From a candidate division WOR-3 bacterium (GTDB lineage Bacteria > Hydrothermota > Tepidihabitantia > SM23-42 > CAYGYG01): a stretch of DNA of 62,402 nucleotides. Location of the stretch: positions 1 to 62,402 of the forward strand of contig CBFGIV010000009.1 in the NCBI GenBank assembly GCA_965648915.1, read 5' to 3'. Shown in pieces: positions 48,267 to 59,405 of the stretch. Below the pieces are notes generated by a model. That model saw nothing but the letters and a program-made list of their open reading frames with translations. It was not told the origin of the DNA and ran no database searches. How positions within the stretch are numbered: the first letter of the stretch is position 1; every line of letters starts with the position of its first letter. The position numbers and the translations under genes were made by a program.

Positions 48267-49154
48267 CTATCGATCCCCGGGTTCTTCCTGTCCAGGATTC
48301 TTGACAATATAAGGCAATGCCCAGGCTCGACAGTAATATGTTCCACCGGCTTTGCCCCACAGTGTCTGCCAGCCAATGGCATCAACTGCGGCGTGCCGCA
48401 CTGCCGGTAGTTCATTTACTCCGATATTGTCTGAGGCAATGACCCAGGCCCTGCGGAAGACATGGGTGCTGACCTTGTAGAATGGGTCCCTAATATGAAT
48501 CCCAGCGCCGGTGATATCACTCTTTCGGCCATGATGGAGGAAAGACCAAGTAGAATCACCGCTAACACTCACTGTAACTGTAACCAGAACCGTATCACTC
48601 GGTTCGAAGGTGGGCAGTTGTTTCTTGGTTAGAAACTCTGTAGGGCTCGTTAGTCTCCAGACATACTGCCTCCGGTTGACCTCGGCTTTTACCTCGGTGA
48701 TCGTTATCGGGTGGGCTGCATTGACCGTCTTGAAATCTCCGGCGGTTATGCTCAGGATATGCCATACTGTATCCTTATATAACTTCACCTGGCGGACAAA
48801 ACTATCCTCAATTGCCCGTTGATAGATTGGACCCTGCTCTGTATCCTGAACATAGAACGTTCCTGTAAGTCTGGCTTTTATCGTTGCCAATGCCGAATCC
48901 CCGGTCACCTGGATAGTGATCTCCTTGGTTACCGGACGTTGAATGAAGCGAACAAACCGGACATATGGTATCACACTGTCGGTCTCACTCCCGAATGCCT
49001 GTTTGGGCGTAGTTGTGCCATCATCCGTAACCGCAGTTGGGGCAGAATATCCAGAATTGTCTAAAAGCTCCTGGATCAGGGCCTCGTCATCCTCTTTTCG
49101 GCAACCTATTGATAAGACAAGAATAATCAAGACACACACTGATAACCATCTCAT
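48267..49154 (-). CDS. Putative lipoprotein
   Basis: AGGAGG SD, ATG 49154, signal peptide with SIGC lipobox; beta-rich body. Confidence 0.7.
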   Translation of the reverse strand: MRWLSVCVLIILVLSIGCRKEDDEALIQELLDNSGYSAPTAVTDDGTTTPKQAFGSETDSVIPYVRFVRFIQRPVTKEITIQVTGDSALATIKARLTGTFYVQDTEQGPIYQRAIEDSFVRQVKLYKDTVWHILSITAGDFKTVNAAHPITITEVKAEVNRRQYVWRLTSPTEFLTKKQLPTFEPSDTVLVTVTVSVSGDSTWSFLHHGRKSDITGAGIHIRDPFYKVSTHVFRRAWVIASDNIGVNELPAVRHAAVDAIGWQTLWGKAGGTYYCRAWALPYIVKNPGQEEPGDR

Positions 49155-49280
49155 AAAACCTCCTTTTAGGTCTTTCATTTCAATTATACGCCTTCCTATA
49201 ATAGATGGTTTAATAAAGTTGTCAAGGATTTTTTAATTTAATACCCGGTTGGGTTAAAATATTTATATCAAAAATATGCC

Positions 49281-49308
49281 TTGACAGACTTCCTATTTTA
49301 AGTATGAT
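49281..49308 (+). promoter_or_regulatory. pil operon promoter, probably leaderless
   Basis: TTGACA-16-TATGAT; ATG 6 nt downstream. Confidence 0.75.
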
Positions 49309-49314
49309 TATATT

Positions 49315-51039
49315 ATGGCTATGAAGCTGGGTGAAATCCTTATTAAGGAAGGCATAATTAATGAAGATATGCTTGCCCATGCTCAGGAGGAACAGAAGAA
49401 AAATGGCTCAAGGATCGGTTCCTGCCTGGTGAAACTCGGTTATGTAACCGAGGAGCAGTTACTTAATGCACTCTCAAAGCAGTTTGCAGTTCCTTCGATC
49501 AACCTATCCGGGGTCGAGATTAGCGAAAATATCTTAAAACTTGTCCCTTCAGAACTAGCCAGTAAATATCTTGTTATCCCGGTATCGCGCTTCGGCAGGA
49601 TTCTGACCCTGGCCATGGCCGATCCCAGTGACCTGGCCGCAATCGAAGATATTAAATTTGCCACCCGTTTTGAGATCAAACCGGTCGTCGCTTCTGAACA
49701 TTCAATTTTGAAGATGATTGAGAAGTATTATCATATCCAGAAGATGCTTCAGGATGTGATGCACGAAATCGAAACCACCGAGACTGAAACCCAGGAGATG
49801 AAGGATCTGGTCGGCACGGTTGAGGAGGTTGAGACAAAGGAAGAGGAAGATCTGAGTGAGACCATCACTGCTGAGGATAGTGGGCCAGCCCAGAAATTAG
49901 TAAGCAAGATAATAACCGATGCAGTAACATTAAATGTCTCTGATGTCCATATCGAGCCTTATGAAAAAGATCTACGCGTCCGGTATCGAATTGATGGTAT
50001 TCTCCATGAAGTTATGAAGCCACCGGTCCGGCTCCGTAAAGCCCTGGCGACCGTAATCAAGGTTATGTCTAAATTAAAGATTGAAGAAAAAAGGTTGCCC
50101 CAAGATGGCCGCATCAAAGCAAAGGTCAAGGGCCGAATTGTCGATGTCCGGGTCTCGACCGTACCCACCCTCTTCGGCGAGAAGATTGCCTTAAGATTGC
50201 TTGACCGCTCCGCCATTACCCTCAACCTCGATCTTCTGGGATTTGAAGAAGAGACACTGAGAAATTTTCGCCGGGCGATAAAGACACCCTATGGGATCTG
50301 TCTTGTAACCGGACCCACCGGCTGTGGTAAGACGACAACTCTCTATTCTGCTCTGACCGAGTTGAACGACCCCGGGTTAAATATCATAACTGCTGAAGAC
50401 CCTATCGAATACAGCCTCCATGGTATAAATCAACTCCAGGTAAATGAAAAGATCGGTCTAACTTTTGCGTCAGCATTACGTGCCTATCTGCGACAGGACC
50501 CCAACATCATTATGGTCGGAGAGATCCGCGATTTTGAAACCGCTGAGATCGCAATCCGTGCTTCACTTACCGGACATCTCGTTCTCTCCACCGTCCACAC
50601 CAATTCTGCGGCTGCTACTGTAACCCGGCTGGTCAATATGAATATCGAACCCTTCCTCCTCGCCTCAACCTTGCTCTGTATCGAGTCCCAGCGGTTGATT
50701 CGTAAGATCTGTGAGAATTGTAGGGAACCAGTCAAGGTTCCAGAAAGTGTTCTGCTCGATGCCGGGCTCAATCCCAAACAGATTGATTTTCAATTATACA
50801 AAGGCCGGGGATGCGATAAATGTCGCGGGACTGGTTATAAAGGGCGGGTTGGACTGTTTGAGGTAATGCTCATTACTGCCCGGGTACGTGAGGCAATCCT
50901 CAAAAGAGTTCCGACTCATGAACTGGAAAAGATTGCGATAGAAGAAGGCATGACAACCCTCCGCGAGTCCGGTCTCAATAAACTACGCCAGGGCATAACT
51001 ACAGTTGATGAAATAATTCGGGAGACAAAGGTAGAATAA
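49315..51039 (+). CDS. pilB: Type IV pilus extension ATPase PilB (copy 1, MshEN-like N-terminus)
   Basis: SDVHIEP, RLPQDG, GPTGCGKTT, EDPIEY, LRQDPNIIMVGEIRD, TGHLVLSTVH, CxxC...CxxC. Confidence 0.92.
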   Translation: MAMKLGEILIKEGIINEDMLAHAQEEQKKNGSRIGSCLVKLGYVTEEQLLNALSKQFAVPSINLSGVEISENILKLVPSELASKYLVIPVSRFGRILTLAMADPSDLAAIEDIKFATRFEIKPVVASEHSILKMIEKYYHIQKMLQDVMHEIETTETETQEMKDLVGTVEEVETKEEEDLSETITAEDSGPAQKLVSKIITDAVTLNVSDVHIEPYEKDLRVRYRIDGILHEVMKPPVRLRKALATVIKVMSKLKIEEKRLPQDGRIKAKVKGRIVDVRVSTVPTLFGEKIALRLLDRSAITLNLDLLGFEEETLRNFRRAIKTPYGICLVTGPTGCGKTTTLYSALTELNDPGLNIITAEDPIEYSLHGINQLQVNEKIGLTFASALRAYLRQDPNIIMVGEIRDFETAEIAIRASLTGHLVLSTVHTNSAAATVTRLVNMNIEPFLLASTLLCIESQRLIRKICENCREPVKVPESVLLDAGLNPKQIDFQLYKGRGCDKCRGTGYKGRVGLFEVMLITARVREAILKRVPTHELEKIAIEEGMTTLRESGLNKLRQGITTVDEIIRETKVE

Positions 51040-51040
51040 T

Positions 51041-52756
51041 ATGGAAGAGAAACTTATCCAACAATTGCTAAAACAGGGCCTCATTAACGAAGAGCAATTA
51101 AAAGAGGCACAGAAAGAAAAGGCTTTGACCGGAGAACGGCTAAGTTCGGTCCTCGTTAAATTAAACTTTGTATCAGAATCGAAAATATTGGCGGCAATAA
51201 GCAATCTCTATCGTCTTGAGATTATTGATCTTGACTATGTAATTCCTCAAGAAGCGGTTTTAAGTCTTGTTCCGGCTGAAAAGGCCTACAGTTATGAAAT
51301 TTTACCTATCGAACGAGTGGGTAAAAAATTGACCGTCGCCGTGGTCGACCCGTCAAATATCTCGGCGATGGAGGATCTCAGATTTATAACCGGTATGGAG
51401 ATCAATCCAATCCTGGCATCGGAGACCAAACTACGGGAAGCGCTGGAGCGTTACTATACAATGAGTAAGGAAGTTGCCCGGGTAACCGATACCGATGCCG
51501 AGGTTAAAGAATTAGGTATTGAGGACATGGAAATCCTCGAGGCCGGAACCGAAGAAGAAGAGAGTGTTGCTCAGCTCCAGGCTGATGCCCAGGGCGGACC
51601 GGTCATTAAATTGGTCAATTTCTATATATCGGATGCAGTCTCTAAAGGAGCATCTGATATTCATATTGAATGTTTCGAAAAAGAGATAAGGGTGAGGTTC
51701 AGAATCGATGGTGTCTTAAGAGAACAGACCCCACCCCCCTATAATCTCAAATCGGGAATCATCACTCGCGTCAAACTGATGGCCAAGATGGATATTGCGG
51801 AAAGGCGTAAGTGCCAGGATGGTCGTATTAATATCAAAGTTCAGGACCGGATGATCGACCTTCGGGTCTCAGTTATTCCCACCCTTTATGGAGAGAAGGT
51901 TGTTATGCGGATCCTCGACCGCGGCTCACTCATGCTCGACCTCTCAAAATTGGGATTTGCTGAAGAAGCGCTGAAGAAATATCTCAAGGCAATTGAAAGC
52001 CCCTACGGAATTATCCTGATCACCGGTCCAACCGGGAGCGGCAAGACCACAACCCTCTACTCCACTCTCGCCCGGCTCAATACCCCTGACCGTCAGATAT
52101 TGACCATTGAGGATCCCATCGAATATAATCTGCATGGTATTAATCAGATCCAGGTTCACGAAGAGATTGGTTTGACATTCGCCTCGGCCCTGCGGGCTTT
52201 TTTGCGTCAATCGCCCAACATTATCCTCGTCGGTGAAATCCGTGACCATGAGACGGCAGAGATTGCAATCCGGGCTGCCCTTACCGGCCACCTCGTATTC
52301 TCGACCATCCATACCAATGATGCGCCAACAACGGTTGATCGACTGGTCGATATCGGCATTCCTCCCTATCTGGTCGGCGGGTCCCTGGTCTTGATTCAGG
52401 CCCAGCGTCTGGTTAGAAAAATCTGTACCAAATGTAAGACCCAGATTAAGGTCGAAGAGAAGCTCCTTGAGGATGCTAGCATCCCACCGGATACTTTTCC
52501 TGATGGTAAAGTCTTCAAAGGTAAGGGGTGCCCTGAATGTAATTATACCGGTTACAAAGGCCGGATTGGTCTTTATGAAGTGATGCCCATTTCACCAACG
52601 CTCCGGGAAATGATCTTGCAGGGGAAATCATCGGCCCAGATCAGTGCTGTCGCAAGAGAAGAGGGTATGAAAACCTTAAGGGAAGATGGCATCGATAAGA
52701 TCAAAAAGGGTATTACAACAATTGAAGAATTAATGAGAGAAACATCTTCATTATAA
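51041..52756 (+). CDS. pilB: Type IV pilus extension ATPase PilB (copy 2)
   Basis: ASDIHIE, QDGRI, GPTGSGKTT, EDPIEY, VGEIRD, TGHLVFSTIH, CxxC...CxxC. Confidence 0.9.
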   Translation: MEEKLIQQLLKQGLINEEQLKEAQKEKALTGERLSSVLVKLNFVSESKILAAISNLYRLEIIDLDYVIPQEAVLSLVPAEKAYSYEILPIERVGKKLTVAVVDPSNISAMEDLRFITGMEINPILASETKLREALERYYTMSKEVARVTDTDAEVKELGIEDMEILEAGTEEEESVAQLQADAQGGPVIKLVNFYISDAVSKGASDIHIECFEKEIRVRFRIDGVLREQTPPPYNLKSGIITRVKLMAKMDIAERRKCQDGRINIKVQDRMIDLRVSVIPTLYGEKVVMRILDRGSLMLDLSKLGFAEEALKKYLKAIESPYGIILITGPTGSGKTTTLYSTLARLNTPDRQILTIEDPIEYNLHGINQIQVHEEIGLTFASALRAFLRQSPNIILVGEIRDHETAEIAIRAALTGHLVFSTIHTNDAPTTVDRLVDIGIPPYLVGGSLVLIQAQRLVRKICTKCKTQIKVEEKLLEDASIPPDTFPDGKVFKGKGCPECNYTGYKGRIGLYEVMPISPTLREMILQGKSSAQISAVAREEGMKTLREDGIDKIKKGITTIEELMRETSSL

Positions 52757-52790
52757 TTTAATTATAGAGTATTATTAAAAAGGAGTATAT

Positions 52791-53870
52791 ATGGCAGTAA
52801 CAATGAGACAATTACTTGAAGAGATGATTCAGCGGGATTCAACCGATTTACATCTTACGATTGGATCCCCGCCGATGTTCCGTGTCGATGGCGAACTAAT
52901 ACCTTCAAACTATGAAGTTATGACTCCGGAATCAATTCAACAGCTTGTTTACAGTGTCTTAAACGACCAGCAGAAGAAAAAGTTTGAAATGGAATGGGAG
53001 CTTGACTTTTCCTTCGGGATTGCCGGCCTATCAAGATTTCGAGGTAATGCCTTCCTCCAGCGAGGCAGTATCGCCGCCGCATTGAGAACCATTCCTTTTG
53101 AAATCCGTGGTTTTAAAGAACTCGGTATTCCACCGGTCGTCGCCGAACTCGCTTCACGACCTAAAGGGCTCATCCTCGTTACCGGTCCAACCGGTTGCGG
53201 TAAGTCTACGACCCTGGCCGCAATTATCGACAAGGTCAACGGTGAGCGCCGTGGTCATATCATTACGGTTGAAGACCCGATTGAGTATCTCTTCCGTCAT
53301 AAAAAGTGTATCGTCAATCAACGTCAGGTTGGTTCTGATACAAAATCATTCGCCAATGCTTTGAAATATATCCTCCGGGAAGATCCGGACACGGTAATGA
53401 TTGGTGAGATGCGTGACCCGGAAACAATGGCCGCCGCCTTGACCATCGCCGAAACCGGACACCTGACCCTTGCTACTCTCCATACCAACTCGGCTGCAGA
53501 ATCGATCCACCGGATCATCGATGTCTTTCCTCCCCACCAGCAGGGGCAGATCCGTGCCCAACTCGCATTCGTTTGTGAAGGCGTCGTTACTCAGCAGCTT
53601 TTACCCAAGATCGGGGGCGGTCGTGTACTGGCGGCTGAAGTTATGGTTGCAACACCTGCGATCCGGGCATTGATCCGTGATCAGAAAGAGCACCAGATCT
53701 ATTCTGCGATTCAGGCCGGACAGAAATATGGAATGCAGACTATGAATCAAGCACTCTATGGACTATATGCCCGAAAACTGATTACTCTTGAGACGGCCTT
53801 CGACTATTCTCCGAATATCGAGGAACTGGAGCATATGATCGAACAGAAGTCGCCGGTGACGGTTACATAA
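52791..53870 (+). CDS. pilT: Type IV pilus retraction ATPase PilT
   Basis: TDLHL, GPTGCGKST, LREDPD, AETGHL, AIRALIRD, GMQTM. Confidence 0.95.
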   Translation: MAVTMRQLLEEMIQRDSTDLHLTIGSPPMFRVDGELIPSNYEVMTPESIQQLVYSVLNDQQKKKFEMEWELDFSFGIAGLSRFRGNAFLQRGSIAAALRTIPFEIRGFKELGIPPVVAELASRPKGLILVTGPTGCGKSTTLAAIIDKVNGERRGHIITVEDPIEYLFRHKKCIVNQRQVGSDTKSFANALKYILREDPDTVMIGEMRDPETMAAALTIAETGHLTLATLHTNSAAESIHRIIDVFPPHQQGQIRAQLAFVCEGVVTQQLLPKIGGGRVLAAEVMVATPAIRALIRDQKEHQIYSAIQAGQKYGMQTMNQALYGLYARKLITLETAFDYSPNIEELEHMIEQKSPVTVT

Positions 53871-53958
53871 GGCAATTCTAATTAAAAAAACTCTAAGCAA
53901 ACGACACATTTTAGCACCACCGGGCAGTAAGATTATTAAAAATTATTAAGGAGTAAAA

Positions 53959-54798
53959 ATGAGAGAAATTGCAACAGAGAAGATCGTTGAGACTGTTAAG
54001 AATCTCTGTATGGATGCAAATTATAATCTGGGCGAAGATGTTATCAAGGCATTAAAAAAAGGGTTGGAAATTGAAGAATCACCAACGGGCCGGGATATCC
54101 TGAACCAGTTGTTAAAAAATGCCGAGATTGCTCATAATGAGAAGATCCCGATGTGTCAGGATACTGGTTTTGCCGTTGTATTCTTAGAACTGGGGTCTGA
54201 GGTTCATATCAACGGTAATATTGTTGAGGCAATAAATGAGGGTGTACGACGGGGTTACACTGAAGGCTATTTAAGAAAATCAATCCTTTCCGACCCGATT
54301 AAAGGTAAAAATACCCAGGACAATACACCAGCGATTATCCATACCACAATTGTTCCGGGTGATAAGATAAAGATTACCGTGGCACCCAAAGGTGGCGGTA
54401 GTGAAAATATGAGTGAGGTCAAAATGATGGCACCGGCAGCCGGTATTGAAGGTGTCAAGAATTTTGTAATTGACCGTGTAATCCGCTCCAGTTCTAACCC
54501 CTGTCCGCCCATAGTGGTTGGTGTTGGTATCGGTGGGACATTTGAGTATGTTGCCTTCCTGGCCAAAAAGGCCCTGCTCCGTGATATCGGGCAGAGGCAT
54601 CCCGACCCATTCTATGCTGATGTGGAAAGAGAGTTGCTTGAAAGGATTAACCGAACCGGCATCGGTCCGATGGGGCTTGGTGGTCGGGTTACAGCACTCG
54701 ATGTCTTTATCGAAGTTCATCCTCGACATATCGCCTCCTTTCCAGTTGCGGTAAACATAAATTGTCATGCCGCCCGGCACAAAAGTGCCATAATATAA
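53959..54798 (+). CDS. Fe-S fumarate hydratase / tartrate dehydratase, alpha subunit
   Basis: PMCQDTG, KGGGSEN, NPCPP, GPMGLGG, CHAARH. Confidence 0.92.
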   Translation: MREIATEKIVETVKNLCMDANYNLGEDVIKALKKGLEIEESPTGRDILNQLLKNAEIAHNEKIPMCQDTGFAVVFLELGSEVHINGNIVEAINEGVRRGYTEGYLRKSILSDPIKGKNTQDNTPAIIHTTIVPGDKIKITVAPKGGGSENMSEVKMMAPAAGIEGVKNFVIDRVIRSSSNPCPPIVVGVGIGGTFEYVAFLAKKALLRDIGQRHPDPFYADVERELLERINRTGIGPMGLGGRVTALDVFIEVHPRHIASFPVAVNINCHAARHKSAII

Positions 54799-54811
54799 GA
54801 GGAGATGAGCA

Positions 54812-55369
54812 ATGCCTGAAATTATCAAGATTAAAACTCCTTTGACTGATAAAGATGTTGAGAATTTAAAGATTGGTGATAGTATCCTGATTACGGGCAA
54901 AATCTATACTGCCCGGGATGCGGCCCATAAGCGACTGTTCGATTTAGCCTCAAAAGGCGAGCCTCTGCCCATCGACTTAAAAGGTCAGATTATTTACTAT
55001 GCTGGGCCAGCACCGGCCAAACCCGGATATGTAATTGGTCCGGCTGGACCGACCACATCAGGTCGCTGTGACCCCTATACCCCTTTGCTTCTATCACTCG
55101 GCTTGAAAGGTATGATTGGTAAAGGGGTCCGGTCTAAAGAAGTGAAAGAGGCAATGCAGAAGTATAAGGCGGTCTATTTTGCCGCCACCGGTGGTGCTGC
55201 GGCACTAATTGCAAAAAACATAAAGGCCAAAAAGGTCGTTGCCTATGAAGACCTCGGTGCTGAAGCAATCACCGAACTCGAAGTCGAAGATTTTCCGGTA
55301 ATCGTGGTTAACGATGTCCGGGGCGGCGATCTCTACGAAGAGGGAGTAAAAAAATACCGGAAAGAATAG
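54812..55369 (+). CDS. Fe-S fumarate hydratase / tartrate dehydratase, beta subunit
   Basis: TARDAAHKR, AGPTTSGR, GMIGKG, DLGAEA. Confidence 0.92.
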   Translation: MPEIIKIKTPLTDKDVENLKIGDSILITGKIYTARDAAHKRLFDLASKGEPLPIDLKGQIIYYAGPAPAKPGYVIGPAGPTTSGRCDPYTPLLLSLGLKGMIGKGVRSKEVKEAMQKYKAVYFAATGGAAALIAKNIKAKKVVAYEDLGAEAITELEVEDFPVIVVNDVRGGDLYEEGVKKYRKE

Positions 55370-55380
55370 TCCTTATTGAT

Positions 55381-56040
55381 TCAAGCTTTTAACTTTTTTC
55401 TTTTGAGGCAGACCAGAAAGATTTTGACAATTGCCGGGTCAAATTGGATCCCGGAGAGTCTCAACAATTCTTCCTCAGCCTCTTCCGGTGTCCGTCGCAA
55501 ACGATAAGGCCGGTCTGAAGTCATAGCATCATAGGCATCAGCAACTGTAATAATCCGTGCGATCAAAGGTATATCACCGCCCTTTAAGCCATCTGGATAA
55601 CCCGATCCATTGTAATGCTCATGATGACTTCTTACTCCACTCAGGATTTCAGCCATTTCCCGAAAACCTTCAAGAATAAAGTAGCCCCTCAAGACATGGG
55701 TCTCTATCTCTTTCTTCTCCCGTTCAGTCAATTCTTCGGGTTTCATCAGGATATCTTCACGCACACCGATCTTACCAAAGTCGTGAAGTAAAGCGGCCGC
55801 CTCAAGGAGTCTCTTTTCCTCAGGTGTAAAACCGAGCATATCGGCAATTTCCAGACAATAAGCAACCACCCTTAAGGTGTGGCCGTCCCGATAAGGAATT
55901 TGACTATCGAGTTTCTCACCAATTTCCCGCAATTGTTTAATTGCCTCTTGTGGATTCTCTTTAAGCACCTGGGCAATCTTACCCAGACAGAGAATAATTT
56001 CTGAGATATCGATGCGGTCTTTGGGTCTCTTTTCTTCCAT
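55381..56040 (-). CDS. Stand-alone HD-GYP phosphodiesterase
   Basis: GHTLRV, LLHDFGK, HHEHYNGSGYP, VADAYDAMTSDRPY; upstream TTGACA-16-TATATT. Confidence 0.9.
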   Translation of the reverse strand: MEEKRPKDRIDISEIILCLGKIAQVLKENPQEAIKQLREIGEKLDSQIPYRDGHTLRVVAYCLEIADMLGFTPEEKRLLEAAALLHDFGKIGVREDILMKPEELTEREKKEIETHVLRGYFILEGFREMAEILSGVRSHHEHYNGSGYPDGLKGGDIPLIARIITVADAYDAMTSDRPYRLRRTPEEAEEELLRLSGIQFDPAIVKIFLVCLKRKKLKA

Positions 56041-56204
56041 AACTACGCTGCCTCGCCAATATACAGGAAAAATCCTCGATGTCAATAGTTTTTTCGTCTC
56101 TTCTCAAAAGCAATAAAATCTCTTCGGAGAAGATGATCTACCATCTCATCTGTTTTACATACCAGAATTTAAAATTTGTCAAAATATTTATAATGGAGGT
56201 TGCA

Positions 56205-56520
56205 ATGATCTTTTTTTATTACCGATCCCTTTTTATGCTCAATGGCTTGAAAAAACGATTTATATGCCTGATACCCTTTCCGGGGTGTCCATACCTCAAG
56301 CCTTTACTTATAACGAAATGAATAACAAAATTTCCGATTAGCGCAAATCTTTGCCACCTCTATTCTCCAGAAGGCCGACAGGCTGGTAAGAGAAGAGAAT
56401 CTGAAAGAATTCAAGGGCACAGCAACCATTTCTCTCAAAGAACTAAACGCCGGAGTCTATCTTGTAAAAAGCAAAATTCAAGATCGAGAATTTGTTAAAA
56501 AACTGCTCGTGACAAAATAG
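56205..56520 (+). pseudogene. Collapsed remnant of a secreted protein with a T9SS-like C-terminal domain
   Basis: GGAGGT+ATG; with a shift at T7: MIFFLLPIPFYAQWLEKTIYMPDTLSGVSIPQAFTYNEMNNKI; then LYSPEG/RLVREE...LNAGVYLV...FVKKLLVTK*. Confidence 0.65.
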
Positions 56521-56588
56521 ATGGAGCAATCAGGTGATAAAAGGACAAAAGAAGAACTTAATTGAGCTACACTCAGGCAGAGAAGGTG

Positions 56589-59396
56589 TTAACTTAAGAG
56601 GGGCTTAAGAAATTGCCCGGTATAGGAACGGGGATCGGTCGCGACCGTCTCCGGTGGGCCGGCAACAACAATTTCGCCACCTTCATCGCCCCCTTCCGGT
56701 CCTAAATCGATTATCCAGTCAGCACATTTTATAACCTCAAGGTTATGTTCGATGACCACAACTGTATTCCCTCTATCGACCAGTCGATTCAGGACATTGA
56801 GCAAGAGTCTTACATCTTCAAAATGGAGACCGGTCGTCGGTTCATCAAGGATGTAAAGAGTCCGGCCAGTTGCAATCTTGGACAGCTCCTTAGCCAGTTT
56901 TATCCTCTGCGCCTCACCCCCTGAGAGCGTTGTAGCCGACTGACCGAGTTTTATATAACCCAGTCCAACCTCATTAAGCAGTTCGAGTTTGCGCCTGATG
57001 GGCGGGATATTTTCAAAAAATTTTAATGCCTCGCTAACACTCATATTCAAGACATCACTGATGTTCTTCCCTTTATATCGAACCTCGAGGGTCTCCCGAT
57101 TGTAACGCATCCCCTTACAGACATCGCAGGTGATATATATATCGGGCAAAAAATGCATCTCAATCTTAATCGTCCCATCACCCTCGCAGGTCTCGCACCG
57201 ACCACCGCTGACATTGAATGAAAACCTCCCCGGTTTATAACCACGCACCCTCGATTCCCGCAACTGGGCAAATAGTTCTCGAATCGGGGTGAAGGCACCG
57301 GTATAGGTTGCCGGATTGGACCTTGGAGTTCGACCGATCGGTGACTGATCGATATTAACGACCTTATCAATATATTCGATGCCCAGGATTCTATCGTGTT
57401 CACCCGGGGGTATCCTTGAACCATAAAATTCTTTGGCCAGTGCCCGAAAGAGGATATCATTGATCAAGGTCGATTTACCTGATCCGGAAACACCGGTGAC
57501 ACAGACAAAGAGGCCAATCGGTATCTCAACATCAATCGCTTTTAAGTTATTCGCCTGCGCCTTTTTAATAATGAGATACCGGTTATCCTTCTTCCTTCTT
57601 TGTGGGACCGAAATCTTTCTCTTTCCCGCAAGGTACAACCCGGTGATTGATCGGTTATTATTTCGTATATCCAATGGTGTGCCGGTGGCAACAACATAAC
57701 CGCCATCATTACCTGCACCAGGGCCAAGGTCGATAATCCAGTCCGCACTGTTGATCGTCTCCGCATCGTGTTCGACAATCAGAACTGTATTGCCGAGGTC
57801 TCTGAGATGGGTAAGGGTCTTCAAGAGTCGTTTGTTATCCCGCTGGTGTAAACCGATGCTCGGCTCATCGAGCACATATAATACCCCAACCAGTCCTGAA
57901 CCAATCTGGGTTGCCAGACGCACCCTCTGCTCCTCACCGGCAGAGAGAGTATCAGTTGTTCGATCCAGGGTCAGATAATCTAAACCCACCTCGGAGAGAA
58001 AACTGAGTCGCCGTACTACCTCTCTTATTAAATCCTTAGCGATGAGGGTCTCTTTCTCACTCAACTTTAACGAGCCAAAAAATTTTGCGCTCTGTTTAAC
58101 TGACATTCTGGTCACTTCATAGATATTCAAATCACATACTTTGATCGATAGTGATGCCGGCTTGAGTCTTGCCCCTTTACAGGTTGGACAGGGCGTCATC
58201 ACCATATACTCCTCAATCTCCTGCCGGACCATCGCCGAGGTCGTCTCCCGATAACGCCGCATAAGCCTTGGTATCACACCCTCATAATAGTCTTCAAATT
58301 CACCCCAGCCTGAGCCATCGCTCCGATAGTATCTTATGGTCAAGGGGGCTTTATCGCCATATAGTATTATTTCCCTGATCTTTTTTGGTAGATCCCTCCA
58401 AGCAGAATCCAGATCGAAGTCATATTTTTCACTCAGCCCCTTCAAAAGGGCAGTCATCCACCGGCCGGGTTCACCCCAGGGGCCAACTGCTCCTTCCAGA
58501 AGCGAGAGTTCTTCGTTGACAATAACCTTATCCGGATCGATCTCCATCTTGATACCCAGTCCATCACAAACTTCACAGGCACCATAGGGATTATTGAAAG
58601 AGAACATCCGTGGTGAAATCTCCTCATAACTTATTCCACAATCAACGCAGGCAAGGGATTGACTGAAGATCTTATCTTCTCTATTATTTATCGAAACCAC
58701 TACAATCCCTTGGCCCTCTTTCAAACCGATCTCAATCGAATCGGCCAGTCGTTTTCTGATATCCGGTTTAAGCGTCAGGCGATCTATGACTACCTCAATC
58801 GTGTGCTTTTTATACCGGGCGAGATTTGACACCTCATCGATCTCGGAGATTTTGCCGTCAACCCGCACCCGGATAAAACCCCTCCTTTTTGCTTTATTTA
58901 ATAGTTCTTTATACTCCCCTTTTCTCTGTCGGACCAGCGGACCTAAAATATCGAGTCTGGTTCCACTGGGCAACTCAAGGATCGAGTCGACAATCTGATC
59001 CACGGTCTGGGCTGATATCTTTTTACCGCATTTATAACAGTAGGGGACACCGATCCGGGCAAAGAGAACCCTCAGGTAATCATAGATCTCAGTTACGGTC
59101 GCAACAGTCGAACGGGGATTCTTTGAGGCGGTCCTCTGCTCAATCGCAATCGCCGGTGAGAGACCGACGATCTCATCAACATCCGGTTTCTCCATCATTC
59201 CGAGGAATTGGCGGGCATAAGCTGAAAGTGATTCCACATAGCGTCGCTGGCCTTCGGCATAAATTGTATCGAATGCCAGCGACGACTTGCCTGAACCGGA
59301 TATTCCGGTAATGACGACAAGTCGATTGCGGGGGATATCGACATTGATATTCTTCAAATTGTGGATACGAGCCCCTTTAATCTTTATAAAATCCAT
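56589..59396 (-). CDS. uvrA: Excinuclease ABC subunit A
   Basis: [29 protein letters not shown], Zn fingers, second [16 protein letters not shown]. Confidence 0.98.
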   Translation of the reverse strand: MDFIKIKGARIHNLKNINVDIPRNRLVVITGISGSGKSSLAFDTIYAEGQRRYVESLSAYARQFLGMMEKPDVDEIVGLSPAIAIEQRTASKNPRSTVATVTEIYDYLRVLFARIGVPYCYKCGKKISAQTVDQIVDSILELPSGTRLDILGPLVRQRKGEYKELLNKAKRRGFIRVRVDGKISEIDEVSNLARYKKHTIEVVIDRLTLKPDIRKRLADSIEIGLKEGQGIVVVSINNREDKIFSQSLACVDCGISYEEISPRMFSFNNPYGACEVCDGLGIKMEIDPDKVIVNEELSLLEGAVGPWGEPGRWMTALLKGLSEKYDFDLDSAWRDLPKKIREIILYGDKAPLTIRYYRSDGSGWGEFEDYYEGVIPRLMRRYRETTSAMVRQEIEEYMVMTPCPTCKGARLKPASLSIKVCDLNIYEVTRMSVKQSAKFFGSLKLSEKETLIAKDLIREVVRRLSFLSEVGLDYLTLDRTTDTLSAGEEQRVRLATQIGSGLVGVLYVLDEPSIGLHQRDNKRLLKTLTHLRDLGNTVLIVEHDAETINSADWIIDLGPGAGNDGGYVVATGTPLDIRNNNRSITGLYLAGKRKISVPQRRKKDNRYLIIKKAQANNLKAIDVEIPIGLFVCVTGVSGSGKSTLINDILFRALAKEFYGSRIPPGEHDRILGIEYIDKVVNIDQSPIGRTPRSNPATYTGAFTPIRELFAQLRESRVRGYKPGRFSFNVSGGRCETCEGDGTIKIEMHFLPDIYITCDVCKGMRYNRETLEVRYKGKNISDVLNMSVSEALKFFENIPPIRRKLELLNEVGLGYIKLGQSATTLSGGEAQRIKLAKELSKIATGRTLYILDEPTTGLHFEDVRLLLNVLNRLVDRGNTVVVIEHNLEVIKCADWIIDLGPEGGDEGGEIVVAGPPETVATDPRSYTGQFLKPLLS

Positions 59397-59405
59397 AGAA
59401 ATTTA

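Noticed and set aside
56079..56321. 80-aa ORF in the track
   Set aside because: Wrong-frame read-through of the pseudogene at 56205-56520
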